A stretch of 64,000 nt of DNA from Terriglobia bacterium (GTDB lineage Bacteria; Acidobacteriota; Terriglobia; 2-12-FULL-54-10), in NCBI GenBank assembly GCA_963666975.2, contig CAXVYR010000004.1, forward strand, positions 2,350,850-2,414,849. The letters are read 5' to 3'. This document shows positions 10,129-21,004 of this stretch, piece after piece (the stretch's first letter is position 1; the number at the start of each line of letters is the position of its first letter). The notes below the pieces were generated by a model that saw only the letters and a list, made by a program, of their open reading frames with translations, made no database searches and was not told the origin of the DNA. A program made the position numbers and the translations under genes.

Positions 10129-11515
10129 CTGTCGCCGCGGGAGCGATACTCAGCACCTTCAGCCGGTACAGAAGCGCCTTATAGCTGATATTGAGCAGCT
10201 TGGCTGCCTCCTTGCGATTCCAGTTGGTTTGATTCAACGCTCGGTGTATGGCCTCGGCCTCGGCCTTCCTCTTCAAGTCGTTGACTTTTTCCGTAAAGGA
10301 AATCTCCGAATCGGACGATTGCCCTGCAATGGCCCGGCTCATGTTCTTCTGAAACCGGCTCTGGGTGGCATTTTCCAGCTCTTCGGCCACTAAATCGCAC
10401 CCATCGAGAACCAGATAGCGGCGGATCAGATTTTCCAGCTCACGGATGTTTCCCGGCCAATCATACTGGCACATGGCGGACAGCAGCCGCGGAGAAGGCA
10501 TCATATCCGGACGGCCGTATTTGGCGCCGTACTTCTCGACGAAGTGGGAGATCAATACCTGCAGTTCGTCCATGCGCTCCCGCAGCGGCAGCACGCGGAT
10601 GTTCACCACATTAAGACGGTAGTACAGGTCTTCCCGGAAAGAGCCCGACGCCAGAACCTCTCCCAGATTGGCGTTGGTCGCCGCCAGCACGCGCACGTTC
10701 ACATTCACCGTCGATTTGCCGCCCAAACGGCTGTACTGGTTGTCTTGCAGGACCTGGAGCAACTTTGCTTGCAGGGCCGGCGACATCTCCGAGATTTCAT
10801 CCAGGAAGATGGTCCCATTGTCGGCCATCTCAAATTTCCCGGGCTTGGAAGTGAAGGCCCCCGTGAAGGCCCCTCGCTCATAGCCGAACATCTCACTCTC
10901 CAGCAAATCTGTAGGCAGAGCCGCGCAGTTGATTTTCACGAACGGCTTGCCCCGGCGGTCCGAGGACTCATGGATGGCCCGTGCGACCACCTCTTTCCCC
11001 ACTCCGCTCTCTCCGTGGATGAGGACCGGCACGTCCGTGTGCGCGATCTGAGAAATGGTCTGCTGAATCTTCAGCATCTGCGGATTCAGCGCGATAAACT
11101 GCGGCTGATTCTGCAAATTTTTTGGGGCGGCGTGTGGAGCATCGTTGGCCACCAAACGGCTTACATAACTTTGGAGCTTGCCCTCCTCGAACGGTTTCAC
11201 CAGGTAGTCGGAGGCTCCGCTCTGCATGGCTTCCACGACCACTTCCGGCGAGCTGAGACAACTGAGAACCAGCACCGGCACCTTCTCGTGCGACTGCCGC
11301 AGCCGGCGCAGAGTTTCCATGCCGCCGAGGCCCGGCATCAGCAGGTCCAAGATCACCAGCGAGGGACAGGGCTTTTCGCTCAGCCTGCGGAGCACCTTCT
11401 CGCCGTTGTCCACCGTCTCCACGCCATGACCTTCCATCTTCAGAGAAATGTCGATCAGGTGTCGAATTTCCGCGTCATCATCTGCTACGAGTATTTGTGT
11501 GTTTATCGCGTTCAT
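10067..11515 (-). CDS. sigma54-dependent response regulator (NtrC/AtoC family: REC-AAA-HTH)
   Basis: ILVADDD receiver, GESGVGKE Walker A, GAFTGA, FLDEI, WPGNIRELEN and Fis-type HTH. Confidence 0.93.
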   Translation of the reverse strand: MNAINTQILVADDDAEIRHLIDISLKMEGHGVETVDNGEKVLRRLSEKPCPSLVILDLLMPGLGGMETLRRLRQSHEKVPVLVLSCLSSPEVVVEAMQSGASDYLVKPFEEGKLQSYVSRLVANDAPHAAPKNLQNQPQFIALNPQMLKIQQTISQIAHTDVPVLIHGESGVGKEVVARAIHESSDRRGKPFVKINCAALPTDLLESEMFGYERGAFTGAFTSKPGKFEMADNGTIFLDEISEMSPALQAKLLQVLQDNQYSRLGGKSTVNVNVRVLAATNANLGEVLASGSFREDLYYRLNVVNIRVLPLRERMDELQVLISHFVEKYGAKYGRPDMMPSPRLLSAMCQYDWPGNIRELENLIRRYLVLDGCDLVAEELENATQSRFQKNMSRAIAGQSSDSEISFTEKVNDLKRKAEAEAIHRALNQTNWNRKEAAKLLNISYKALLYRLKVLSIAPAATVTRPIFCTSNSESLHQSLGV

Positions 11516-11967
11516 GAAATTTTGTCCTGTCTTTAGAGGGAAGTAGGAATTAAAACCGTAAATGCGCTGCCTTGGCCCTGTCTGTTTTCCGCCCAAATAT
11601 TTCTTTCGTGCGCCATCACAGCCTTGCGGGCTACGGCGAGACCTAAAGCAAAACCTTTGCGATTGAAATTCACCAAACAAGATGTACTATGCGGTCCAAT
11701 CGATTTTGGGACAATGAAGGGAAGGACACAATTTCACTGGGACCTTCTTCTCAGTGCAGAAATCAAGCTGCGGGCCGAGCACCTTATCTTTGTCACAAAA
11801 CGGAAATACTCTTCCGCTTCCCACTATTGGGTCCCGAAGGACTTGCAGTGTTTTCAACGTCCTAGCACCCCGGTTGTTTTGGTCCTGCAACTGCTGCGAA
11901 TATTGGAGAGAGCGGAACCCTGTTCGACAGCTAAGGCCCCCATGAAGCTACGGAGAGGAACTTTTTT

Positions 11968-13416
11968 GAGGGTGTCCCATACATAGTTGAAGGTTGAACG
12001 GCGGTTCGGCCCGAATCGAATAGAATCGGGCCAAGCCTAAATCCTATAGAAGGAGAACCGCCGAATGAAGGGAAAATATCACGTTTTGGAACTGGGTTCC
12101 AAGGGAGCCGAAGAAACCATCCAGAAGTTTTGCCAAACCAACGGACAGATGCTGTTGCCGGTGGTGGATCTGATCACGGAGGCGCGTCTGGCGGTGGATG
12201 AGGTGATTGATCGGGCCGGGCGAGGTTTGATTGAAACGATTCTGAGCATGAGCGCAGAGCAAATCGCGGGGCCAAAGAGTCCCGGGAAGGCGAGCGGAGA
12301 GGTGCGCTGGCATGGCCGGCAATTGGGGAGGGTGAAACTGGCCGATCGCCAGCTGCGGGTGGAGCGGCCCCGGCTGCGCCGGAAGGGCGGAGGGGAAGAA
12401 GCGGTGCCGGCCTACGAAGCGCTGCGGAAAAGCGAGAAGACGGGCGAGGAGATGTTCGAGGCACTGTTGAAAGGGGTTTCGACGCGGAACTACCGCGAGG
12501 TGATCCCGGAGATGGCCAACAGCGCTGGGGTGTCGAAGTCTCAGGTGAGCCGGGAAGCGGCCGAGCAAGGAGCGCGGCGGCTGGAAGAACTGTTGGCGCG
12601 GCGCTGGGAGGAGGTCGAGATTCTGGTGATTTACCTGGACGGAATGCGGTTCGGCTCCCACCACGTCATCAGCGCCGTGGGCGTGGACATCGAGGGCCGC
12701 AAGCATGTGCTGGGGATTCAACTGGGCGCGACCGAAAACGCCGCTGCGGTGAAAGACCTTCTCACCCGCCTGCGCCAGCAAGGTTTGCGCACGGATCAGC
12801 GCTATCTGTTTGTGATCGACGGCGCCAAAGCGCTCCGCGCGGGGATCGAGGAAGTATTCGGCAGCAATCAGCTGGTGCAGCGTTGCCGTACTCATAAGCT
12901 GCGCAACGTGGCTGAGCGGTTACCAAAGGGCGACAAAATGCTGGCGAATCAGGTGCGGTCGCTGATGCGCGCCGCCTGGCGATTGCCCCAAGCCGAGGAA
13001 GGCATCGTGCGCATAAAAAAGCTCGCTGGGATGATCGAGTGCGATCATCCGGCAGCAGCCGCCAGCTTGCGCGAAGGGTTGGAGGAGACCTTTACGATCA
13101 ATCGAGCCGACGTTCCTCCCAGCCTCCACCGCTGCCTGGCAACCACGAACCTCATCGAGAGCCCGCAGTCGGGCGTGCGGAAAAAGACTGGCAATGTTTG
13201 CCGCTGGCGCGACGGCGAGATGACGTTGCGCTGGGTGGCAGGAGCGTTTCTGCTGACCGAGAAGAATTTCCGGAAGATCATGGGTTATCACGATCTCTGG
13301 GCTTTGGCATCGATTCTCGGCCGAAGTCCAAACGCTGCTTCCTCTCACAAGGAGGAAGTGGCGTAATATGAACTCAACCCGCCGTCCCAACCTGCAACTG
13401 AGTTTGGGACACCTTC
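11968..13416 (+). mobile_element. IS256-family element copy 1 (1449 bp; transposase 12065-13366)
   Basis: IRs GAGGGTGTCCC.../GGGACACCTTC; 8-bp target duplication ACTTTTTT; YLDG, VIDGAKAL, QRCRTHK and TTNLIES motifs. Confidence 0.95.
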
Positions 13417-13529
13417 ACTTTTTTCACTACCACTGCACTGCTGTTCCATCCTTGGGATTGGCTTTCTCGGGCTCCACAAAACGGTGAAGGAAGTTTATGG
13501 CCATCGTATCCATTGCGATTAGGTTGTAT

Positions 13530-13545
13530 TGGACATGCGCTTGCT
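13530..13545 (+). promoter_or_regulatory. Putative sigma54 (-24/-12) promoter upstream of the PEP-CTERM gene
   Basis: TGGACATGCGCTTGCT has GG-N10-GC spacing with TTGCT. Confidence 0.55.
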
Positions 13546-13638
13546 TGTAGGAAATACAAATTGACGGGCTCAGGTTGAAAAACTGGAGTTACGAGCTTTG
13601 TGACTCTTACAAAATTGAACAATATAGGAGATGTGAGT

Positions 13639-14315
13639 ATGTTCCACCGAATGAGAAATGTAGTTTTGGCATGTCTGCTGGCTTTCGGACTGTGCTCTGT
13701 TACAGAAGCGGTGGCCGATCCCATCCTATCAGTGGATGATGCCGTATTCGGTATCGATTCCATTACCCGAGACCCGAACTCTGGACTTGACTGGCTCGAT
13801 CTAACTTTCACTGCTGGCAGGTCATTCAATGATATCAATTCTCAGTTAGGTCTAGGTGGCGAATTTGAGGGATTTCACCACGCATCAGGTGCCGACGTGT
13901 TCACTTTGTTCACAAATGCAGGTATTTCTGACATCAACAGTGTAATTTGAATTCTGCCAATTCGGCCCCAGTTTTGGGGTTACTGGATTTATGGGGAACT
14001 CTTCAGGATACAACTAACATTAAAAAATCGCAAATGATGGTTGCAGACCACTCGGGAGATTCGGGAACTGGACGATTCGTAGGGTCATTACTATGGATTG
14101 ACGACCCTTCGGGTGGGGGCGCATTGGCACGAATCAAAGGCCCTACAGGGAGCTCGACGAGCGTGGATGAATTCCATCCCCATATTGCCCACGCGTTGAT
14201 ACGTGGTGATGGTGTTCCACCGCCAATCCCAGAACCAGCCACTCTCCTCCTTCTCGGCTCCGGCCTGGCAGGACTGGCGGGGTTTGGAAGGAAGAGGTTT
14301 TCCAGAAAGACGTGA
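13639..14315 (+). pseudogene. PEP-CTERM sorting-domain exported protein, frameshifted near 13945
   Basis: Signal peptide, then DPNSGLDWLDL; the second frame ends IPEPATLLLLGSGLAGLAGFGRKRF. Confidence 0.85.
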
Positions 14316-14517
14316 AGCCTCTTGTGGATTCGGCATCAACCGCCCAATCTTCTCCAGAAACCACGCCTTTACACCCCTCCAGATTTCACGGAGAGGCCCC
14401 TACTTCTAGGTTTTTTGCCATTCTCTCGGACATCCTATACCTGAGTACCCCCGGAACCAAAGAGGGCCTGAAATCTAGGAGTGTGAAAAAAATATGGGGA
14501 GGGGGTGGAATTGCGAA

Positions 14518-16390
14518 TCAGCCTAACCTGACTATAGTATTCTTCACAGCCTTCATTAAACGATTCCGAATTGCTTGTACATGATTCCCCTCAGCTCTCT
14601 TTCTTGATTTCAGGGAAATGCTTCTCGATCTTCGCGAGAAGGATGAGATTTGGTGAGATGCATTTGGGTATGGTGAGATGCATTTGGGTATCTTGAATGT
14701 TCGGCCGTCCTTGGAGCTCAACTCGATGAACGTATCGAATTGGTCGGCTTTCTTTGTGTGGACAGAAGCGAGATCAGTCCATTTCAGTTCTGCTCCTGAG
14801 ATAGTGATGCCTTCATCGGACAGTTCCACAGAGAACGCAAACCACCGAAAAAGTGGAATGAACTTCCAAACAGCCCATCCTGCCAAACCGAGGAGAATGA
14901 GCGGCCCCCACTCACTTACCTCGAAGGGGAAGGGTATATAGGGGGACACTGCTGTCCGGTTAAAACTCGAACAGAATCAACTGGTTGGGATTTCTGACTA
15001 AATCGTCTGGGGAGCCCGATGCTTCCAAGGCCTGTAAAATGGGCACTTTCTCGAAAAGAGTAACACTGAGAATCTGTAAAATTTGGTAAAGGCTGGCTTC
15101 CAAAGCGAGACGCTTCCGGACAATGGCCACGAGTACATAGATCGAAACGGCGATCCAGATTTGAGTCTTCACTGCGTTTTGGCTGGTGCCATAGAATGCC
15201 TTGATTCGCAGGTGCTGCTTGATCCATTTGAAGAACAGTTCCACCTGCCAGCGGCACTTGTAGATTTGAGCGATAGTGAGTGCGGGTAGCACGAAATTGT
15301 TGGTAAGAAACTTCAGGCGCTTGTTTGTTTCTGCATCGAAGTACGTAACGCGCCGTAGCGGATCGGGGTATGCCCTGGCCGAGGCGTTCCCGGTCAGGAT
15401 CACGGTATGATCGGATCGCAAGCCGCTGGTTCTGTCTGCTGGATGAGAATAGCGGCGTTGGAGCAAGACGTTCTCTTTCGTCCGCACGACGAAAAATGCG
15501 GAGCAGAGTGTGAAGACAAAGAGTCGCTCGAAGTCGATGTAGCCGCGATCCATCACGTAGAACGCGCCCGCTTCCGGAACGATCTCGTCGAGGATGTTGA
15601 CATCGTGCACGGCACCGGCCGTGACGCGGAGAAACGTGGGGATGTTGCCCTGCAGGTCCAGCAGCGTATGCAGTTTGACGGCAGCCTTGTGTTGGCGGAA
15701 TCGTGCCCACGGAAACAGCGAGAGGCAGAGGTCGATGGTGGTGGAGTCCAGCGCGTACAGGCTCTGATCCAGATCGACGCCGATCGGATCGCGCGCATAC
15801 AAAGGCCGTGCGATGCCGATCAACACCTGGGCGAAGTCCGCGTAGATGCGCCAGTCGTGCGACTCGTTGGCATCGGCCAGTGTCGAGCGCGCCACGTTGC
15901 CGCGCAATCCGATGTGGTAGAGTTTGCTGGTCATGGAACGCAGACACGCCTCGATGTCGCGGAGACTCTCGCGGTAAGTCAACTGAGCGAACGCCATCGC
16001 CAGAAACTGGTCCCAGCAAGAAAAGCTTCGCAGGTGATCGTCGCCACGGTAGCGCGTGACGCATTTGTGAAACTCGTACGAGGGCACGTGATCCATAAGC
16101 TGAGCGAAAACGGTGCGACCGATGTTCATGCACTCTTCTGTCGCCTACCCCAGTCTTTACGTTCAAAGCCATTTTTCGCCCTCGCGGATTTCAAATCGAA
16201 AAATGCTCCAATGCCCGTAACCTTTTGCTCTCATGAGACTTGTTGGCTGTTCTGAAATTTTAGCCGGACAGCAGTGATAGGGGGAATATAGTGCCCACAC
16301 TCCGATGCCGAAAAAGGCTAGCGGAGCTAAGACCCGTAACACGAGCAACAAGCGAAAGAATGGGTGGATTTGGAACTTGTCTACGGCCAT
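14518..16390 (-). pseudogene. Small membrane protein interrupted by IS4 and carrying a 20-bp tandem duplication (14651-14690)
   Basis: ...GVWALYSPY joins IPFPFEVSEWG... across the IS target duplication. Confidence 0.65.
14947..16276 (-). mobile_element. IS4-family element (DUF4372 + DDE transposase 14960-16129)
   Basis: IRs CACTGCTGTCCGG/CCGGACAGCAGTG; 9-bp target duplication ATAGGGGGA; LDSTTI, MDRGY and YKCRWQVELFFKWIKQ motifs. Confidence 0.95.
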
Positions 16391-16712
16391 TTGCGAAAAC
16401 CTTGTATGCGCAGAATCATACACCCGGAATCTGGGGGTGTGAAAAAAAATCGGGGTCGTGGATTTTGGGATTGAGAAAAAAGAAACTATCCAGGAAGACG
16501 TAACAACCCGAAGGAGACCGTCGAGCTTAACAATCAGCCGTCTACAATCGCGCCCTCAATCATCTGTTTGTAGTGACTGTAGTGGGTATATAGGGAGAGT
16601 ATATGAGGAGGACTCCGGCCAACTCCTCTCCGCCTTTTCCTCTCATACCCCCTCACAAGTCACTACACCCACTACAGGGTCTGCGGAGACGGCCATTCCC
16701 GCCAGACCGGCT

Positions 16713-16861
16713 GACCCCCTTGGACAATTGCTACGCCCTCCGCTCCAGAGCAGACCATCCCACCGCATCCTGTACCCCGGAATCAGTTTCATACCGGCTG
16801 ACCCAATTGCAGGCCGTGATGTACATTCGCACACTGGTGGTACAAGATATCGGTCTGGTCA
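16713..16861. repeat. Diverged ~150-bp repeat, copy B
   Basis: Aligns by eye with 9985-10128 in the same orientation. Confidence 0.8.
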
Positions 16862-16889
16862 GTCACCGAGTCATGCGACAATACTCCGC

Positions 16890-17216
16890 ATGATTATCCG
16901 TAATGCCGCTTCCACGGCTGTGTTCAGTCGCGAAAAAATGGGTAAGGCCACTCTGGCCTCAACCGATCTCCTGTTTGCAGGCCTCAATGCGTTCGAGCCA
17001 GGGCACGAGCACCGGCTGCACACACACAAAGGGCAGGATAAGTTCTATCTCGTGCTCGAAGGAGAGGGTGAGGTGACAGTAGGGACCCAACGGTCACGCA
17101 TTAAACCTGGCGATTTTGTGTTAGCGCGTTCCGGGGAAGAACACGGTTTGCGCAATCCCGGACCAGGCCGATTGATTGTACTTGTGGCAATGGCGCCCCC
17201 ACCGACAGCGGCATAG
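16890..17216 (+). CDS. Cupin domain protein
   Basis: HRLHTHKGQDKFYLVLEGEG...PGD...GEEHGLRN cupin motifs. Confidence 0.85.
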   Translation: MIIRNAASTAVFSREKMGKATLASTDLLFAGLNAFEPGHEHRLHTHKGQDKFYLVLEGEGEVTVGTQRSRIKPGDFVLARSGEEHGLRNPGPGRLIVLVAMAPPPTAA

Positions 17217-17572
17217 AGTTCCGCGGCGACGATTTGGCAATTACAACCCAGAGATCGTCAACAGAAAGATTCGGGCTTGTCGGTCGGAGGCGCCTAAGGG
17301 GAGATTCTCAAATGCATCCGATTCAACAATTGGCCAATCCCACTTCAGGCCCGGCATGTGCTCAACTTTCATATTGCGCAGATCGGCTCCCCCCAGCACA
17401 ACGGTCTACACCGGGGACCGTCGCGCCTCACGGTCCAGAAACGGCGTTATGGGAAGTTTCATGCTAATTTCCCATAAGAAGATCTATGAAAGGGGATGTC
17501 AATGGATTCGACCTGTCCGGGACGCCCGTTATCCAGACACTGGCACGCTTACGTCGTGAACATTGTATGGGC

Positions 17573-18247
17573 TTAACGTCCCTTTAATTGAAGCGCCGTC
17601 GCCCGCTGAGACGCTATGAGAGCCGTCCAAACTGGTGTCTGAACACCGGCGAATCGCTGTTCTGTCCGAGCTATGAGCCTGGACCACAGCGAGGCTGGGT
17701 CGGAATCGAAGACCAGACCGGCACTACCATCAAAGATGTACCACGCTCCCAGCTTCACTTCGTTTTCTAATTGCCCGGCACCCCAGCCGCTGTACCCCAG
17801 GTAAACATGCAACTCTGCGGCCATCGGTCCCTCAGCCAGTATCTTTTCGAGATGCGGCTTGCTGGAGACAAAGTAAATCTCACCGAGGACGGACTTCATT
17901 TCGTCCTTCTCGGCTTGTGACCAGAGGAGCGCGAGCACTCCCGCTATCTCCACCGGACCGCCCACATAGACCGGCTCTGACCAGTCATTAGCACCCTTAA
18001 GTTGTCGGAGCGCCCGTGAAATCGGCACCTTCGTCTTGCGATTAATCACGAGGCCAACTGCGCCCTGCTCGTCGTGCTGGACTAGCAGAATCACAGTTTC
18101 GGCGAACTTCGGGTCGGGAAAATCACGATGGGCCACCAGCAATTTGCCGATGCCGAGGTCGTTAACTCGCACGGATTGGGCTGGAAGAGCGGTCGCTGCG
18201 CACAACAACGCCGCCGTGATCCGAAGGGGATGCCAGAACTTAAACAT
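17573..18247 (-). CDS. YqgE/AlgH (UPF0301) family protein with N-terminal signal-like segment
   Basis: GAVGLVINR, VYVGGPV and GYSGWGAGQLENE motifs. Confidence 0.88.
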   Translation of the reverse strand: MFKFWHPLRITAALLCAATALPAQSVRVNDLGIGKLLVAHRDFPDPKFAETVILLVQHDEQGAVGLVINRKTKVPISRALRQLKGANDWSEPVYVGGPVEIAGVLALLWSQAEKDEMKSVLGEIYFVSSKPHLEKILAEGPMAAELHVYLGYSGWGAGQLENEVKLGAWYIFDGSAGLVFDSDPASLWSRLIARTEQRFAGVQTPVWTALIASQRATALQLKGR

Positions 18248-18605
18248 TAGCTAGTATGTCCGTTTTTGAATTTCTGACAGCCCAAAGTGTACCAGGCAAT
18301 GCCTCGTTCTGGAGCGATTGGTTTAGGGTTCCATCCAACTGGCTCCCCAAAGGTCTCCGGAACGGCTCAAGGTGTTCGAGGAAACGTTAGGCAGATGTCC
18401 CCGAACCAGACTTATGGGGAGTAATCTGGGACATCCTTAGGCGAGTTTGCCCTGGCAACAGCGCAAGAAGTCACCACAGGGTTGCTATTGCCACCTGACC
18501 GTGGCCTTGACGATTTGAGATTGAGTTAGTAGGGCAGCGGGCGTATGCTTTCGCGAGAAGGGGAAGCTCAATATCGGAAATTCCAGCTAAGATTTGGGGG
18601 TTTTT

Positions 18606-18968
18606 ATGGCACGAATGCTTATTGTTGCAACGCATGGATCCGAAGATCCGACTCGAGCGGGTCTCTCGTTCTTCACTGCCAAGGGAGCGGTGGAGGCTGG
18701 CCACAAGCCCGAGATCGTTCTGGCCGGCGATGGCGCGGTACTTGCGCACCGAACCGTGGCGGATTCCGTGTTCCCTGTCGGGATCCCACCGCTGAAAGAG
18801 TTAATTCAGTTCGTGGTCGATAACAAGGTCCCGGTTTACACCTGAGGGGCCTGCGGCCGCGCCCGTGGGGTGACCGAAGAAGATCTCAAGTGGTTGAACT
18901 CCCGTTGGTTTACGCCTAAGGATATGGCCCAACTCGCCGTCGAAGTGGACCGGGTATTTACGTTCTAG
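18606..18968 (+). CDS. DsrE-family sulfur-relay protein, probable selenoprotein (in-frame TGA 18843-18845, UxxC)
   Basis: THGSEDPTRA...LAGDG...VPVYT-TGA-GACGRARGV...VDRVFTF*; the frame stays DsrE-like for 40 codons past the TGA, with a hairpin just downstream. Confidence 0.8.
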
Positions 18969-19552
18969 GATGGGTAGTCAACTTTATCCGGAATTGGTTT
19001 TTTGGGCCCTCCGGCGTTGCGAGTATATACTCATTTCCCTCCAACCGAGCCCTTCCAGCGCAGGTTTGCTCTCCGGGGGTTCCATCCTTTTTGGGGGAAA
19101 TCAAACTGCGATCCGAGAGAAGGGCTGGGGTGCTGCTTGCTGATTGGGAAAAGAACAAGGGGGCAGCAACGCCATTGCATCGTGCAAGGACGTTACCACG
19201 ATTGAAGGATATTGGAATCTCAAAGTTGCAATCCCACCAAGGAATAGGGCGAGACGAGCGGCCAGGGATGCCGCCTTGCTCTGTCGCTATTGCGTAGCCC
19301 AATCCCGCTAGAAGCCTGTTGAGGCCCCGAATCGCGCCATTCCATCACAAAATATATCCTGACGATAACCAAAATAGTCATAGTGGACAGGTATCTTGGC
19401 GATTGCGGCGCAAACACGCCAGATCGGTTCCTCCATGCTCGACCTTACCCCTTTGCTGGCCGCTTCCTTGACTGGGTTTCCGGAGACTCTAGCTGGATTC
19501 CGAGTCTTTCAATGGCAGCCGAAAAATAAATGGAATGAAAGGAGTCCCTACA

Positions 19553-19867
19553 ATGGGTCAATACACAAAGGTGGCCAGCACAAATGAGTTCGACTCGGCC
19601 AAACAACGTTTGGTTGAGGTTGGAGGGCTGAAGATTGCTCTCTTCTCGGTCGGAGACAAGTATTATGCGATCGGAGATACTTGCACGCATCGAGGAGGGC
19701 CACTCTCGGACGGGATGTTGGCTGAGGATAAGGTAACCTGCCCCTTGCATGGTGCCCGTTTTGATATAAAAACAGGCAAAGTTCTTGGTCCCCCAGCTGC
19801 TCAGGGAGTGCCTTCCTACAACGTCCGTGTGTCAGGAAACGATATCGAGGTGGAAATCCCTTCTTGA
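19553..19867 (+). CDS. Rieske [2Fe-2S] ferredoxin
   Basis: CTH...CPLHGARF motifs; RBS AAGGAG. Confidence 0.92.
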   Translation: MGQYTKVASTNEFDSAKQRLVEVGGLKIALFSVGDKYYAIGDTCTHRGGPLSDGMLAEDKVTCPLHGARFDIKTGKVLGPPAAQGVPSYNVRVSGNDIEVEIPS

Positions 19868-20259
19868 AGGCCGATGCTATGGTCGCGGTAGGGTCTTCTG
19901 TCCAGCAGGTAATCTAATGAGCGGTGATCGACCAGAAAAGACACCAGCACAAAAGTTTTCCGTGGGTGAGGTCGTAGGGCATAACGTTATAGCCCATACG
20001 GTCGAGATAGTGGAAGCGCGTTTTGCGCGTGCAACCACACCACCTTACATTTGGGACTGGCATTATTTTGGGAAATTGGAAGGTTTGAATTCCCAACTTT
20101 GGTTTCGTGAGACCACATTGGAAAAGTTAAATTAAATATTTTTCTTTCGGCAAACTTTCAATAGCCAAATCGATCTAAACTTTTCTGCCGTCGCCACAAT
20201 CGCAAAGTAATTTGGTTGGAGTTGCAATAATCCATTCCTCAGTTTGAAGGAAAGCGGAG

Positions 20260-20700
20260 GTGGTGGTGGGTTTCATCGGGTATTTGCTCCAGCACGAGGG
20301 CAAGGCCGACGAGGTGGTACGCATCTTTTTAGAGTGCCGGGAGGACTTCCTTCCGTGTGATCCAGCCAATGATCCTCCCGGAGAGCCACCGCTTGACATC
20401 TGCTACACCTATGCGGTGGATGTGGTTTTTCCGGGCGGAAAACCCCCTTGCCGTCTGCGGGGGGTGGACGGAATCCGCGTGCTGAAAAAATTTTACAAGC
20501 TGGTCAACAGCCTGGAAGAAAGAGCCCGGGAACATGGGAATGATCGGCAAAAAGTACTGGGGTCGGTTGAGGGCCTGTTGGAACATCTCACCTACACTCG
20601 CAATGCGCGAGACTTTACCGGTATCGGAGAGCCCAAGCCGTCCCCACCGGTAACGCAGACCCTGGCTCCGGACTGCGGCCTCCCGTCCCCGGAGGTGTGA
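20260..20700 (+). CDS. Hypothetical protein
   Basis: 146-aa ORF with GGAG RBS; no recognised motif. Confidence 0.35.
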   Translation: MVVGFIGYLLQHEGKADEVVRIFLECREDFLPCDPANDPPGEPPLDICYTYAVDVVFPGGKPPCRLRGVDGIRVLKKFYKLVNSLEERAREHGNDRQKVLGSVEGLLEHLTYTRNARDFTGIGEPKPSPPVTQTLAPDCGLPSPEV

Positions 20701-21004
20701 ACCGTGCGCGGTCGGTTCCGTCTCCATTCCAGTGAATGATCTCGACTTGCCCCGGGCGAATACTGAAGGACTCCGCTTAATGCTGCGGCGGGCAAAGGGT
20801 AACCAACCACAGGCCCGCAGACGTATGCTTTTGGGCGAGAGGAAAAGTCAAATCAGAAATTCTGTGTTAAACGGTTTTTATTCTTTTAAGGCGGATATTC
20901 GATTTCAGTGAACGGAACATTCCACAAATCGTGCTGCTCGCGTCGGTGCTCATCTGCCAGAACGGGCTCCCGATCAGTCTGAATCGTGGTCTCGACGGTA
21001 AACT

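Noticed and set aside
11880-11895. Second sigma54 promoter TGGTCCTGCAACTGCT
   Set aside because: Spacing is right but the match is weak, and no gene start is linked to it
12044-12895. Conserved 283-aa antisense ORF (also 30199-31050 and 33535-34386)
   Set aside because: Shadow of the IS256 transposase; it recurs only because the IS is repeated
13947-13950. Programmed frameshift or Sec readthrough in the PEP-CTERM gene
   Set aside because: The continuation is in a different frame with no clear slippery heptamer or Cys context; a simple indel is more likely
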